A stretch of DNA of 64,000 nucleotides from an uncultured Aquiluna sp. (GTDB taxonomy: Bacteria; Actinomycetota; Actinomycetes; Actinomycetales; Microbacteriaceae). A program made the translations under genes and the position numbers. Below, one piece after another: positions 20,247-30,969 of this stretch; the first letter of the stretch is position 1; each line of letters starts with the position of its first letter. The stretch is taken from NCBI GenBank assembly GCA_905182225.1, contig CAJJAJ010000003.1, positions 6,886-70,885 of the forward strand, read 5' to 3'. Below the pieces are notes generated by a model. That model did not search any database. It was not told the DNA's origin and saw only the letters and a list, made by a program, of their open reading frames with translations.

Positions 20247-21449
20247 TTACTTTCGTATTTTTCTACCCTGGCCCTCATTGCGCCTTTTGCGCAGTGCCAA
20301 CCAGAGCAACGGTGCCGCGGGCGTTATCAGTAAATAGAGTAGCGGGTTTAAGTACCAAGGCGCTTGGGTAGCTTGCGATTTAGGAGAGTTTTGCGCGTCC
20401 GGTGCACCCAAAAAACTTTCGGGTGCAATTGGAGTTATAAGATTTGAGCCTTCGGACTCAGCTGTTTCGGATGCTCGATAAAGATCCACCCAGTAACTAA
20501 GCGAGCCAAGCGGGTTTGTCGTTGCTCTCAATGCCGATGCGATGGCAGAAGTTGGATCAACCATGCCAAACCCATAAACCTCGTCGAACCCCGGCTCTCC
20601 CAGATCCCTGGTGGTATTAATCAGTCGGAACACTATGTCGTTCGCACTGGCTTCATGGTCCTGAGCTCTCATAAGGGCAACAACGCCACTAACTATCGGA
20701 GTCGCAGCCGAAGACCCTGACCAACCGGCAATTTGATCCCCGGGGTAGCTTCCAAACACTCCAGCTCCGGGGGCACTTAAGGTCACATCAACACCGGTTG
20801 TTCCAGATCGGAAAGTGGCCTCAAGATCCTTGTTCAGTCCAGTTACTGAGATCACTCCCGGGATGGTTGCTGGAGAAGCTGGCCGGTAGTTTCCATCGGA
20901 GTCATTACCACTTGCGGCAACGATTACAACATCGTTTTCAAAGGCGTATAAAAACGCTTTGTCCCAGCTGATTGGCCAAGAGCTGGAGTTGCGACTAAGC
21001 GACAGGTTTATTACATCCGCACCGGCGTCAACCGACCAGATAATTGCGGCCGCTATTTGAGCATCAGTGTCGCTCGACTCAACACCAAGGCCGACAGAAA
21101 CCGAGAGCAACTTTGCACCCGGTGCCACTCCGATGATTCCTCCGCTTTCAAGTCCCTGGCCGGCAATTATTGAGGCGACCATCGTGCCGTGATAACCACT
21201 GGAGCCAACCGGTGTTGTTCCTTCGGGCGTCCCTACCTTGGAAAAGTCAGCTCCCCCAATAACCGTGGATGACAGATCGGGGTGAGTGACATCAATGCCA
21301 GTATCAATTACCGCTACCACCACTCCTTCACCACCCAGAGGCTGGCCAACCTTCTCCCCTAGCTCCACAAGCCACCAGTGGTCAGAGGGCGCGAGGGTTG
21401 CGCCAAGTATCGCGATGGCGGCTAGACCGGCAGCTAACTGCACTGGCAA
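20247..21449 (-). CDS. S8 (subtilisin-like) serine peptidase with C-terminal membrane anchor (mycosin-like)
   Basis: The catalytic triad sits in VAVIDTGIDVTHPDL, HGTMVASIIAG and GSSAATPIVSGVVALM. There is an N-terminal signal-like segment. The C-terminal TM segment plus basic tail is LLYLLITPAAPLLWLALRKRRNEGQGRKIRK. Confidence 0.85.
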   Translation of the reverse strand: MPVQLAAGLAAIAILGATLAPSDHWWLVELGEKVGQPLGGEGVVVAVIDTGIDVTHPDLSSTVIGGADFSKVGTPEGTTPVGSSGYHGTMVASIIAGQGLESGGIIGVAPGAKLLSVSVGLGVESSDTDAQIAAAIIWSVDAGADVINLSLSRNSSSWPISWDKAFLYAFENDVVIVAASGNDSDGNYRPASPATIPGVISVTGLNKDLEATFRSGTTGVDVTLSAPGAGVFGSYPGDQIAGWSGSSAATPIVSGVVALMRAQDHEASANDIVFRLINTTRDLGEPGFDEVYGFGMVDPTSAIASALRATTNPLGSLSYWVDLYRASETAESEGSNLITPIAPESFLGAPDAQNSPKSQATQAPWYLNPLLYLLITPAAPLLWLALRKRRNEGQGRKIRK

Positions 21450-21913
21450 GCCTTAGGGGACCAATCAAGGGCCTCGAGGGCAGTGTCTCCCATCGGGTTC
21501 ACACCCGGGCCTTTTGCCAGCGAGTGCGCAACCAGAGCGTGAAGGCACTTAACTCGCTCTGGCATGCCGCCAGCTGAAAAATTATCGAGTTCTTCGACTA
21601 CTTCCAGCTGATCACGTTCGGCTAAATAAGATTTGTGTGCTGCAAGATAGGCGGCTTGCAGCTCCTGACTATTCGCCATTTCCAATTGCAATTCAGCCAT
21701 GAACCCCGAAGCTTCGAGGGTCGAAATTGCGGCAGTGGCTGCGGGTTGCGTCAAATAGTAGAGAGTTGGAAACGGTGTGCCGTCATCGAGTCTGGGTGAA
21801 GTCTTGACAACGAGCGGCCGCTGACAAACACAGCGGCAAGCTATATCAACTATTCCCCTTGCCGGTCTACCTAGCTGTCGGGAAACCTCATCAACGTCTT
21901 TTGCGAGCACCAA
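21434..21913 (-). CDS. DUF501 domain protein
   Basis: Cys-rich N-terminus (ACRCVCQRPLVVKT) and the position after ftsB and eno match what I recall of the conserved eno-ftsB-DUF501 cluster. Confidence 0.6.
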   Translation of the reverse strand: MVLAKDVDEVSRQLGRPARGIVDIACRCVCQRPLVVKTSPRLDDGTPFPTLYYLTQPAATAAISTLEASGFMAELQLEMANSQELQAAYLAAHKSYLAERDQLEVVEELDNFSAGGMPERVKCLHALVAHSLAKGPGVNPMGDTALEALDWSPKACQCS

Positions 21914-21918
21914 ACTTA

Positions 21919-22419
21919 TTACTCCTCGACCGGGGTTTCCAGAGCCGAACGAAGTAAAGTCTCCATAAGTGAATCCACCCAGTTAGCCTTCGCCGCTGAA
22001 ACCTCGAGGCTTATTTCATCGGCGTTCCGCTGCTGAGCAAGCAAGGCCCCTACGGTGTTGGAAGTATCGGAAAAATCCAGACCCTCCGAGTCCATCACCA
22101 GGTAAGAGACTTCACCTGGAAGCACGTAATAGAGCCTGTCTCTGGCTTGAGAGCGAATATAAACCGGATCCTGCCAGCGGTCTCGTTCTGCTTGCATGTC
22201 CACCACAGCATCCTTAGCCAGCTGGATACTCTGCTCCATCTCCACGATTTCTCGGCGCTGGTTTAGGTAACTCTGGACATCTGGAGAAATTAGGTAAGTG
22301 CCAAGAATAATTACAACAATCACGCTAACTGACACGCTATTCAGTCTCAGCATTCGCTGAAGAATTCTCCCCTGGCTCAATGCCACCGGGACCTTTGACT
22401 CGCGTGAATTTGTCGGCAT
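21919..22419 (-). CDS. Septum formation initiator family protein (FtsB/DivIC)
   Basis: One TM segment followed by a coiled coil (YLNQRREIVEMEQSIQLAKDAVVDMQAERDRWQDPVYIRSQARDRL). It lies immediately downstream of eno. Confidence 0.65.
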   Translation of the reverse strand: MPTNSRESKVPVALSQGRILQRMLRLNSVSVSVIVVIILGTYLISPDVQSYLNQRREIVEMEQSIQLAKDAVVDMQAERDRWQDPVYIRSQARDRLYYVLPGEVSYLVMDSEGLDFSDTSNTVGALLAQQRNADEISLEVSAAKANWVDSLMETLLRSALETPVEE

Positions 22420-22469
22420 AACTATTTGATAATACGAGCTAGAGCGCCGGAAACCACTTTGCCCCGAGG

Positions 22470-23765
<1,296 letters not shown>

Positions 23766-23835
23766 TTAGTTATGCACGAATAAATAATGTTCAAGTTACG
23801 AAAACGGCACTGGTTTCAAAAAAGAGTTTAGTCAG

Positions 23836-25044
23836 TTAGTCAATCATCCGAATATCAAGGTCACTTGCTCGAACAGTGCCGGAGTCGAGTTGAGCAAACT
23901 TTTCAAAGCCCTGCTTAGTCAGGGAAGCCATTTGAGCCTTGAAGTTTTTTTGGCGAAGCTCGATGCGACATCTAAAACCTTGAGCGATCAGTTCACTCTG
24001 GATGCTCAACGCCTGCCCGGTTAGATCCTCAGAGTCGATCATCAACGCCAAACTAGAAGCTTTCTCTTTTGGCACACTCGCAAGTTCGATAATGCGCTCA
24101 ATTCCCAGTGAAATGCCGACCGCTGGGGCATCGGTGCCCGACCATTTTCCGACCATGGAGTCATACCTGCCGCCTCCGCCAATCGACGATGATGCAAGCG
24201 GGTGCTCTATTTCAAAAATTGCTCCGGTGTAGTAACCCATGCCCCTTACAAGACTCGCGTCGTAGCGAATCTTTGAGGCCAAGGGCCCCATGGCTTCAAT
24301 CACTGGCTGCAGGATTGCAGGGAACCTGCTCTGATCTAGGTTTGATAGCCACTCAAAACTAGCGTCAGCAACCGACTGCCCAAATTTTTCGCCTAGCTCA
24401 GCGGTCACGCCATCCATGCCTAATTTGTCCAACTTATCTATGGTGACCATTGCAGACAGCTGCTCTGATTCGGGAACGCCTATCTTTGAAATGCTCTGAA
24501 TTAGAACTTCTCGGTGGTTGATTCTGATTATCGCATCATCCAGACCAAGGTCCGTAAGCGCTGCTAGGGAAGCCGAGAGAAGTTCGGCTTCCGCCAATAC
24601 GCTCCCGTCCCCAATAATATCGATGTCGCATTGGAGGAATTGTCGGTATCGGCCCCTTTGAGGTCTTTCCGCGCGCCAGACCGGTCCAATTTGTATTGCC
24701 TTAAAAACTCTAGGCAAGACAGCCTGATTTGTTGCAAAATACCTCGTCAACGGGACCGTGAGGTCAAACCGCAAGCCCAAATTAGCTAGGGCGGAGCCCG
24801 ATTTGATTGCGGCATCCAGCTCGTCTCCCCGCTTCAAAACCTGGAAAACTAGCTTTTCATTGTCCCCGCCCTGGCCCGAAGTGAGCCTTGACAGATCCTC
24901 TAGTGCAGGCGTCTCAACCTCTTGAAAGCCTCGTGCCAGGTATCCCTGACGGACGCTTGCAATAAGCCGTTCGCGCAAGACCTTGTCTTCCGGAAGTATG
25001 TCGCGCATTCCACGCGGAGGATTCACTTGATTAGCCACGTTCAA
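23836..25044 (-). CDS. hisS: Histidine--tRNA ligase (class IIa; archaeal/eukaryote-like sequence blocks)
   Basis: Motif 2 region PVWRAERPQRGRYRQFLQCDIDIIG, motif 3 GGGGRYDSMV, the LRFDLTVPLTRYFA block, and a C-terminal anticodon-binding-like domain. The start is TTG 25044, with in-frame alternatives downstream. Confidence 0.8.
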   Translation of the reverse strand: MNVANQVNPPRGMRDILPEDKVLRERLIASVRQGYLARGFQEVETPALEDLSRLTSGQGGDNEKLVFQVLKRGDELDAAIKSGSALANLGLRFDLTVPLTRYFATNQAVLPRVFKAIQIGPVWRAERPQRGRYRQFLQCDIDIIGDGSVLAEAELLSASLAALTDLGLDDAIIRINHREVLIQSISKIGVPESEQLSAMVTIDKLDKLGMDGVTAELGEKFGQSVADASFEWLSNLDQSRFPAILQPVIEAMGPLASKIRYDASLVRGMGYYTGAIFEIEHPLASSSIGGGGRYDSMVGKWSGTDAPAVGISLGIERIIELASVPKEKASSLALMIDSEDLTGQALSIQSELIAQGFRCRIELRQKNFKAQMASLTKQGFEKFAQLDSGTVRASDLDIRMID

Positions 25045-25059
25045 AGTCTGGCACAGACT
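25045..25059. promoter_or_regulatory. Candidate operator palindrome 1 (AGTCTG-GCA-CAGACT)
   Basis: A perfect palindrome with 6-bp arms abuts the hisS start, in the hisS/TetR divergent spacer. It shares the CAGACTGG/CCAGTCTG core with palindrome 2. Confidence 0.4.
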
Positions 25060-25097
25060 GGTAATTATCTACTTACCCAAGCCGAGACTATCTTGAA

Positions 25098-25110
25098 AAC
25101 CAGTCTGGTT
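25098..25110. promoter_or_regulatory. Candidate operator palindrome 2 (AACCAG-T-CTGGTT)
   Basis: A perfect palindrome with 6-bp arms lies 30 nt upstream of the TetR-like ATG. Confidence 0.4.
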
Positions 25111-25139
25111 CAAAGCATTGTCCTGATCATCTTGGGGCC

Positions 25140-25613
25140 ATGCCACAAGAAACAAAAAACTAGGACGAGGCCGTCCGGTCACCACCGACCCCAAAAGAAG
25201 CGGGGCTCACAGCCCTTCGGCTGTTCAGCGAACACGGAATCGATCAGATCACAATGGATCAGGTTGCCGAAGCTGCGGGAATATCCCGTTCAAATCTTTT
25301 TAGGGTCTTTCCATCTAAGGCCGTAGTGGTTTGGGGGGGATGCATCTATTTAGGGCTGAGCTAGAGAAAAACCTATTGGTTCATCGCCAGAGGTTTGCGG
25401 CTGGGGCAAGAACAGCTCGAGATGGCAAGGCAGGTTTTAGAGGATGCCGTTTGCCGATTAGCTGGAGGGAAGCTTCAGGCGAAGGCTGTTTCCGCCGCGA
25501 TGCTATCGGCATCAATGGCGATACTAATTTGGTGGGCTCAAACTGACGACCCAAGAACCCCATCCGAAGTTTTTGATGCCGGATTCAGCGACTTCGAAGC
25601 ACTTTTTAGCTAG
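25140..25613 (+). pseudogene. TetR-family regulator, disrupted (in-frame stop plus two frameshifts)
   Basis: ATG 25140 is followed by an in-frame TAG at 25161-25163. The same frame then encodes the HTH LTALRLFSEHGIDQITMDQVAEAAGISRSNLFRVFPSK. The reading must shift at the G7 run 25333-25339 (MHLFRAELEKNLLVHRQ). It must shift back near 25390-25400 to reach the C-terminal part (...ILIWWAQTDDPRTPSEVFDAGFSDFEALFS). Confidence 0.6.
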
Positions 25614-26304
25614 TCGAAAGTCCAACCACACCTGCGTCAAAGTCTCCCTGTAATTCCGATGCTCGAATTTCGGCTTGCAGCTCGCGATTCGCTTCTCGGA
25701 GAGCTCGCTCGGGGTCCAGTCCCACTGATCTGGCGCTGGCAACTATTGCGAGCAAGAGCTTGCCCAGCTGCTCCTCTGTTTCCATCGGGATTGTCGGTAC
25801 TTCACTTGTTTCTAAAATTCCGGCCTTTTCAGCCTTGCCCATAACCTTGCTGGCCAGAGCTAAGGCTGGCATTGCCTGAGGAACACCATCCAAAATGCTT
25901 GTTCGACCTGGCTTCTCAAGCTTTTTGTGAGATTCCCAGTTTTTGACCACATCCTCGCCAGTTTCGGCGAGGAACTTCTCCTTGTCATCAGCCGTGCCAA
26001 AAACGTGAGGGTGACGCGAGATCATTTTATTTTCCATTTTTTCAGCGACGTCCTCTAGGTCAAACGGTTCCCCAAGGCTCCCCTGACTTGCAAGGTCGGC
26101 GTGAAATAGGACCTGGTAGAGCACGTCCCCTAATTCCTCAAGGACCTCATCTCTATTGCCAGACTCGATCGCTTCGATAAGTTCGTGAGTTTCCTCAAGT
26201 AGGTATTGCACCAGCGAACCGTGGGTTTGCTCGGCATCCCAAGGGCAACCACCTGGAGCACGAAGCTGATGGGCGGTCTTAATTAGGCTCTGTAGCTTTT
26301 CCAA
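25606..26304 (-). CDS. mazG: Nucleoside triphosphate pyrophosphohydrolase MazG
   Basis: Sequence APGGCPWDAEQTHGSLVQYLLEETHELIEAIE...ELGDVLYQV. TTG 26304 gives a family-like N-terminus. The longest ORF (26349) would overlap mfd by 71 nt. Confidence 0.85.
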   Translation of the reverse strand: MEKLQSLIKTAHQLRAPGGCPWDAEQTHGSLVQYLLEETHELIEAIESGNRDEVLEELGDVLYQVLFHADLASQGSLGEPFDLEDVAEKMENKMISRHPHVFGTADDKEKFLAETGEDVVKNWESHKKLEKPGRTSILDGVPQAMPALALASKVMGKAEKAGILETSEVPTIPMETEEQLGKLLLAIVASARSVGLDPERALREANRELQAEIRASELQGDFDAGVVGLSTS

Positions 26305-29300
26305 GGGACTCCTCAAACACAATCGCGAATAATTGCCACAACCAGTCAATCACTTCTGAGCTGCTAATTGGTTCCATACCTTGAGAAATCGGCATTGGAA
26401 CGCTCAGGAGCTTAGAACTTTGGAGATAACGAAGCTGAGACAACTTGTGGCTCAGTGCCACCACCTTGGAGTCGGAAAGGTCGACAGGAGAAAGTTTCGC
26501 CTGGACGCCAAGCAGGTTTACGTCTTTCAGGCCCAGCCGGTTTGCCTGTTGCCTCAGCTCGGTCACTTGCAATAGCTGGAGAACGGGTTCCGGCGCCTTA
26601 CCGAATCGATCTTCGAGCTCAGCCAAAATTGCGTCAAGATCCTTGCGGCTGCTTTTACTGGAGCTTGCGGCAGAGAGCTTGTGATAGGCCTCGAGTCGCA
26701 ATCGCTCACTATCCAAATACTCTGGCGGAATGCGAGCGTCAACTGGAATCTCTAGCTTCAGTTCGGCAGGAGAGCTGACTGGCTCACCCCGGAATTCACT
26801 TACGGCTTCCGAAATCATTCGGAGATAAAGATCGAATCCAACCCCGGCGATGTGGCCGGACTGCTCTCCACCAAGCATGTTCCCCGCCCCACGAATCTCT
26901 AGATCCTTCATGGCAATCTGCATCCCACTACCGAGCTCATTGTTAGTAGCGATTGTTGCAAGTCGATCGTGTGCCGTTTCACTCAAGGTTTTAGAGGGAT
27001 CGTAGAAAAAATACGCGTAGGCACGCTCCTTGGAGCGACCGACTCGCCCCCTAATTTGATGCAGCTGGCTCAAGCCAAAATTCTCTGCCCGATCGACAAT
27101 TAGGGTGTTGGCATTTGGGATGTCAATTCCGGTTTCAATAATTGTTGTTGAAACCAGCACGTCGTATTTTCCCTCCCAAAAATCAATGACCACTTGTTCG
27201 AGTGCCGCTTCAGGCATTTTGCCGTGAGCCATCGCGACCCTGGCCTCTGGGACGAGTTTCCGGATGTCCGCAGCGACCTTTTCGATGGTTGCGACACGAT
27301 TGTGGACGAAGAAGACTTGGCCCTCACGGATCATCTCTCTTCTGATCGCGGCTGCAACTTGTTGCTCTGAATATCCGCCAACGAAGGTGAGAATGGGGTG
27401 CCTCTCCTCTGGAGCGGTAGCCAGAGTGGACATCTCTCGGATTCCCGTCACGGCCATCTCGAGGGTTCTTGGAATAGGAGTCGCGCTCATAGCCAGGACA
27501 TCGACATTGTGCTTCAGCTCCTTGAGCTTTTCCTTGTGCTCGACCCCGAAGCGTTGTTCCTCATCGATGATTATTAGCCCTAGGTTTCGGAACTCGACCC
27601 CGCTAGACAAGAGCCGGTGAGTTCCGATAATTAGGTCTGCTGCGCCGGAAGCTGTCTCAGCAAGAGTGGCCTTTATCTCCTTGGCACTTTGGAACCTAGA
27701 AAGAGCTCTGATATTGACCGGAAATCCGCCATAGCGCTCATTGAAAGTTTGCATGTGTTGACGGACCAGCAGTGTGGTGGGCACGAGCATGGCGACTTGC
27801 TTGCCATCTTGAATTGCCTTGAAGGCGGCCCGAATAGCCACTTCAGTTTTGCCGTAACCGACATCACCGGCCAAAAGACGATCCATTGGAATATCTTTCT
27901 CCATGTCCCGTTTGACCTCATCGATTGTGGTGAGCTGGTCAGGAGTTTCTTGAAATGGAAACGCCTCTTCTAGTTCTCGTTGCCACTCGGTATCAGGACC
28001 AAACGCATATCCCTTCGATTTCATACGCGCCGAATAGAGCTTCACCAGGTCTATAGCTATCTTTCGAACAGCCTTTCTGGCATTGCCCTTGGCTCTGGCC
28101 CAATCGGTGCCGCCCATTTTCGATAACACCGGCGCTTCGCCGCCAGCATATCGAGATAGAAAATCCAACTGGTCGGTTGGTACGAACAAAGTGTCTTGCG
28201 GATAGCCTCGCTTGGGCGAGGCATATTCGATAACTAAGTATTCCCGGACCTGAGAGCGATTATCACGCTGAACCAGCTCCTTGAATCTACCAATGCCGTG
28301 TATTTCATGAACGACGTAATCACCCTGCTTCAAGGTCAAAGGGTCAACCTGAGGACCGCGGCGTTTGGCAAGCTTGCGTGAATTAGGAGACTGGTAATTC
28401 GATGCGACACCAAAAAACTCTGTCTCAGTAATGACAATGAGGTCCTGATCGGCAACGAAGAATCCGTGAGGCAAATCTGCCACAACGACCATGACCGAAC
28501 CGCTGGTCGGTTCTCTTACTATTTCGCTCAGCGACACTGGAATAGACAGAGCTGAAAGAACTTCCACTATCCGCTCGGCCGTTCCATGCCCCTTGGCGGT
28601 CACCACGAGTTTCTGCTCCTGAGCCAACTGGTCGATAATCCAATCGGTAGCAGCGCCCCCGGCTTGAAAAGTTGGGATTTCCCTTAGGCCAAGGTCTAGG
28701 AAGTGGTCTTGCGGCAGCGAGTTAATTTCAACCAGTCGGTTAGTTTCACGAATTGCATCTAGCAGTTCAGTCAGCTCAAGAAAGCCGCCGGTAGATAGAT
28801 CAATCGGGGCACTACCGCCGGCAATTGCGGTGTCCCAAGCAGCATGCAAAAACTCCTCGTTGGTGTCTGCTAAAGCTTTAGCTCTCGAGCCGATCAACTC
28901 CGGATCCAGTAAGACGAAGGTCGCTGTTGGCAAGTACTGTGTCAGCGGTCCCAGCCTTTTGGCGAGTACCGGAGCCAAAGACTCCATGCCCGCAGCCGGA
29001 ATCCCCTCAGATATTTTCGTGAGCATTTCGCTGAGCCCTGGAAATTCTGAAGCCATTTCCCTGGCCCTAGAGGCAACCGATGGGGTAATCAACATCTCTC
29101 TGGCCGGATACAGCTCGATGGTTGATACAGAAGTTGCTATCGACCGCTGGTCAGCAACCTGAAACTCCCGTATGTCTTCAAGTTCGTCTCCAAAAAATTC
29201 GAGGCGAACAGCGTGCTCCGCGGTGGTTGGAAAAACATCCAAAATTCCACCCCTGATTGCAAACTCTCCGCGTCTTGTCACCATGTCTACGCGCTCGTAG

Positions 29301-29791
29301 GCAATCCCAATAAGCTTCAGGGCCAGTTCTGGAAGCAGGTAGTCCTTGCCTCGTGTCATTTCAAATGGTGGGTGGTCTTCTAAACCGCCGATAACCGGCT
29401 GCAGGGCAGCCCGAATAGAGACCATGACAACGATCTTGTGCTTCGGGTTGTCGCTAGAAAACTGATTCATTCGATGAAGAGCTTGGAGCCTCTTGCCGAC
29501 GGTCTCGGCGGAAGGAGATAGCCGCTCATGAGGCAAAGTCTCCCAGGATGGAAAGTCAATAATTTCAATTTGATCCACCAGCTGTGCAAGTGCGCCGGCT
29601 ATCTCTTGAGACTGCCTGGAGCTTGAAGTAATGATTGCAATCGGATTACTCGAAGACTGCACTAAAGCCGCCAACGCCAAAAAATTGGACTTAGACGGTG
29701 AGTAAAAATGGTTGGTTTTTGACTTGAAAATCTGAGCCAGAGAGCGCGACAAAGCCGCGGCTTGCATTAAAGGGCCCAGGGTCACGGGCAT
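26279..29791 (-). CDS. mfd: Transcription-repair coupling factor
   Basis: 1170 aa with SF2 motifs LLAGDVGYGKTEVA, IIDEEQRFG and MSATPIPRTL, plus a CarD-like domain (GDYVVHEIHGIGRF). Confidence 0.97.
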   Translation of the reverse strand: MPVTLGPLMQAAALSRSLAQIFKSKTNHFYSPSKSNFLALAALVQSSSNPIAIITSSSRQSQEIAGALAQLVDQIEIIDFPSWETLPHERLSPSAETVGKRLQALHRMNQFSSDNPKHKIVVMVSIRAALQPVIGGLEDHPPFEMTRGKDYLLPELALKLIGIAYERVDMVTRRGEFAIRGGILDVFPTTAEHAVRLEFFGDELEDIREFQVADQRSIATSVSTIELYPAREMLITPSVASRAREMASEFPGLSEMLTKISEGIPAAGMESLAPVLAKRLGPLTQYLPTATFVLLDPELIGSRAKALADTNEEFLHAAWDTAIAGGSAPIDLSTGGFLELTELLDAIRETNRLVEINSLPQDHFLDLGLREIPTFQAGGAATDWIIDQLAQEQKLVVTAKGHGTAERIVEVLSALSIPVSLSEIVREPTSGSVMVVVADLPHGFFVADQDLIVITETEFFGVASNYQSPNSRKLAKRRGPQVDPLTLKQGDYVVHEIHGIGRFKELVQRDNRSQVREYLVIEYASPKRGYPQDTLFVPTDQLDFLSRYAGGEAPVLSKMGGTDWARAKGNARKAVRKIAIDLVKLYSARMKSKGYAFGPDTEWQRELEEAFPFQETPDQLTTIDEVKRDMEKDIPMDRLLAGDVGYGKTEVAIRAAFKAIQDGKQVAMLVPTTLLVRQHMQTFNERYGGFPVNIRALSRFQSAKEIKATLAETASGAADLIIGTHRLLSSGVEFRNLGLIIIDEEQRFGVEHKEKLKELKHNVDVLAMSATPIPRTLEMAVTGIREMSTLATAPEERHPILTFVGGYSEQQVAAAIRREMIREGQVFFVHNRVATIEKVAADIRKLVPEARVAMAHGKMPEAALEQVVIDFWEGKYDVLVSTTIIETGIDIPNANTLIVDRAENFGLSQLHQIRGRVGRSKERAYAYFFYDPSKTLSETAHDRLATIATNNELGSGMQIAMKDLEIRGAGNMLGGEQSGHIAGVGFDLYLRMISEAVSEFRGEPVSSPAELKLEIPVDARIPPEYLDSERLRLEAYHKLSAASSSKSSRKDLDAILAELEDRFGKAPEPVLQLLQVTELRQQANRLGLKDVNLLGVQAKLSPVDLSDSKVVALSHKLSQLRYLQSSKLLSVPMPISQGMEPISSSEVIDWLWQLFAIVFEESLGKATEPN

Positions 29792-29795
29792 AAGT

Positions 29796-30326
29796 CTATT
29801 TGGAATCTGGTTGCAGAATCTCGAAAACCCGATCTGCTGCCAGCTCGAGCAGCACAGGAAGCTCTTTTTTCTGGGTGGTTGAGAAATCCTGCAATACGAA
29901 ACTGGCTACTGGCATAGATCCTGGTGGTCGTCCGATGCCGAATCGAACCCTGTGATAACCAGAACCACATTTGGCGCTTATATCCCTCAAGCCATTGTGG
30001 CCGGCATGACCGCCGTCAAATTTCATACGGATGTCGCCGAACTCAATGTCCAGCTCATCATGAAGGACAATTATTTTGTCGGTCGGTACCGAATAAAATT
30101 TTGCAACGGCGGCAACTGGGCCACCGGACAGGTTCATGAATCCCGTGCTTTTCACAAGCAGCAGGCTACCGCCAGTAGTGGTTTTGGCTTGGGCAACTGA
30201 AGCTACGGCCTTGTGGGTCTTGAATACAGCTCCGAGCCGAGATGCCATGACATCGAGAGTCTGCTGACCAACGTTATGACGGTTTGCTTTGTAGTCGGAC
30301 CCGGGGTTACCGAGTCCGACTATCAA
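29796..30326 (-). CDS. pth: Peptidyl-tRNA hydrolase
   Basis: Motifs LIVGLGNPGSDYKANRHNVG, DELD and GHAGHNGLRDI. The TTG 30326 start lies just after the rplY stop. The longer ORF (30419) is antisense to the rplY acidic tail. Confidence 0.9.
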   Translation of the reverse strand: MIVGLGNPGSDYKANRHNVGQQTLDVMASRLGAVFKTHKAVASVAQAKTTTGGSLLLVKSTGFMNLSGGPVAAVAKFYSVPTDKIIVLHDELDIEFGDIRMKFDGGHAGHNGLRDISAKCGSGYHRVRFGIGRPPGSMPVASFVLQDFSTTQKKELPVLLELAADRVFEILQPDSK

Positions 30327-30333
30327 CCAGGTA

Positions 30334-30969
30334 TTACTCTGCTGCGTCGTCGGCTGCGTCGTCGGCTGCGGCCTCAGTGGCCTCGCCTTCAGCTGTAGCT
30401 TCTGTATCAGATTCTTCATCAGCCGCTCCGGCTCTAGTCTCGATTACGGATGCCACTAGCTCATCGTTTTCAAGTTCCATGATCACACCATCCGGCACGA
30501 TTAAGTCGCTTACTAAGTAGTGGTGACCTGTGAGGTTGTCTTTGGAAATATGCAGTTCGATGAAAGAAGGAATGTGAGTTGCCTCAGCCTCCACCTTCAC
30601 AGTCTTGTGCTCGAGCTCTAGGACAGTACCGCTCATTGGCTCACCAACAATGTGCACTGGAACCTCGACGTGAACCTTCTCGCCTTTTTTGACCTCTACG
30701 AGGTCGACGTGCTCGATGACTTGAGTGAAAGGATCCTTTGAAGCGCTCTTCACCAAAACCAGCTCCGGCTTGCCTGCAATTGTCAACTCCAATAGAGCGT
30801 TCTTAATACGCAATGCAAGAGCCACCTCGTGGGCAGGCAGGTGAATGTGGCGGGTGTCATGGCCGTGACCATAAATAACAGCTGGGGTGCGGCCAGCAGC
30901 ACGAAGCTTGCGTGCTGCGCCTTTGCCGAATGATTCGCGGGTTTCCGCAACTAGCTTTACTTCAGACAT
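30334..30969 (-). CDS. rplY: 50S ribosomal protein L25 / general stress protein Ctc
   Basis: Sequence RESFGKGAARKLRAAGRTPAVIYGHG..., two beta-barrel domains, and an acidic C-terminal tail. Confidence 0.9.
   Translation of the reverse strand: MSEVKLVAETRESFGKGAARKLRAAGRTPAVIYGHGHDTRHIHLPAHEVALALRIKNALLELTIAGKPELVLVKSASKDPFTQVIEHVDLVEVKKGEKVHVEVPVHIVGEPMSGTVLELEHKTVKVEAEATHIPSFIELHISKDNLTGHHYLVSDLIVPDGVIMELENDELVASVIETRAGAADEESDTEATAEGEATEAAADDAADDAAE
30341..30371. repeat. 12-bp tandem repeat (about 2.5 copies of gctgcgtcgtcg) in the rplY tail
   Basis: Read directly from the sequence. It encodes AADDAADDAAE on the minus strand. Confidence 0.8.

Noticed and set aside
26381-29162. Numerous 60-120-aa ORFs antisense to or out of frame with mfd; the same pattern occurs inside the 1233-aa gene, glmU, the ABC-F gene, groEL and others
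   Set aside because: They lie wholly inside long, motif-supported genes. They have low-complexity Arg/Ser/Pro-rich translations typical of off-frame reading, and I saw no RBS.
30327-30419. An N-terminal extension of pth (…PQPTTQPTTQQ…)
   Set aside because: Its low complexity arises from the antisense of the rplY acidic-tail repeat. The TTG at 30326 gives a canonical Pth N-terminus.
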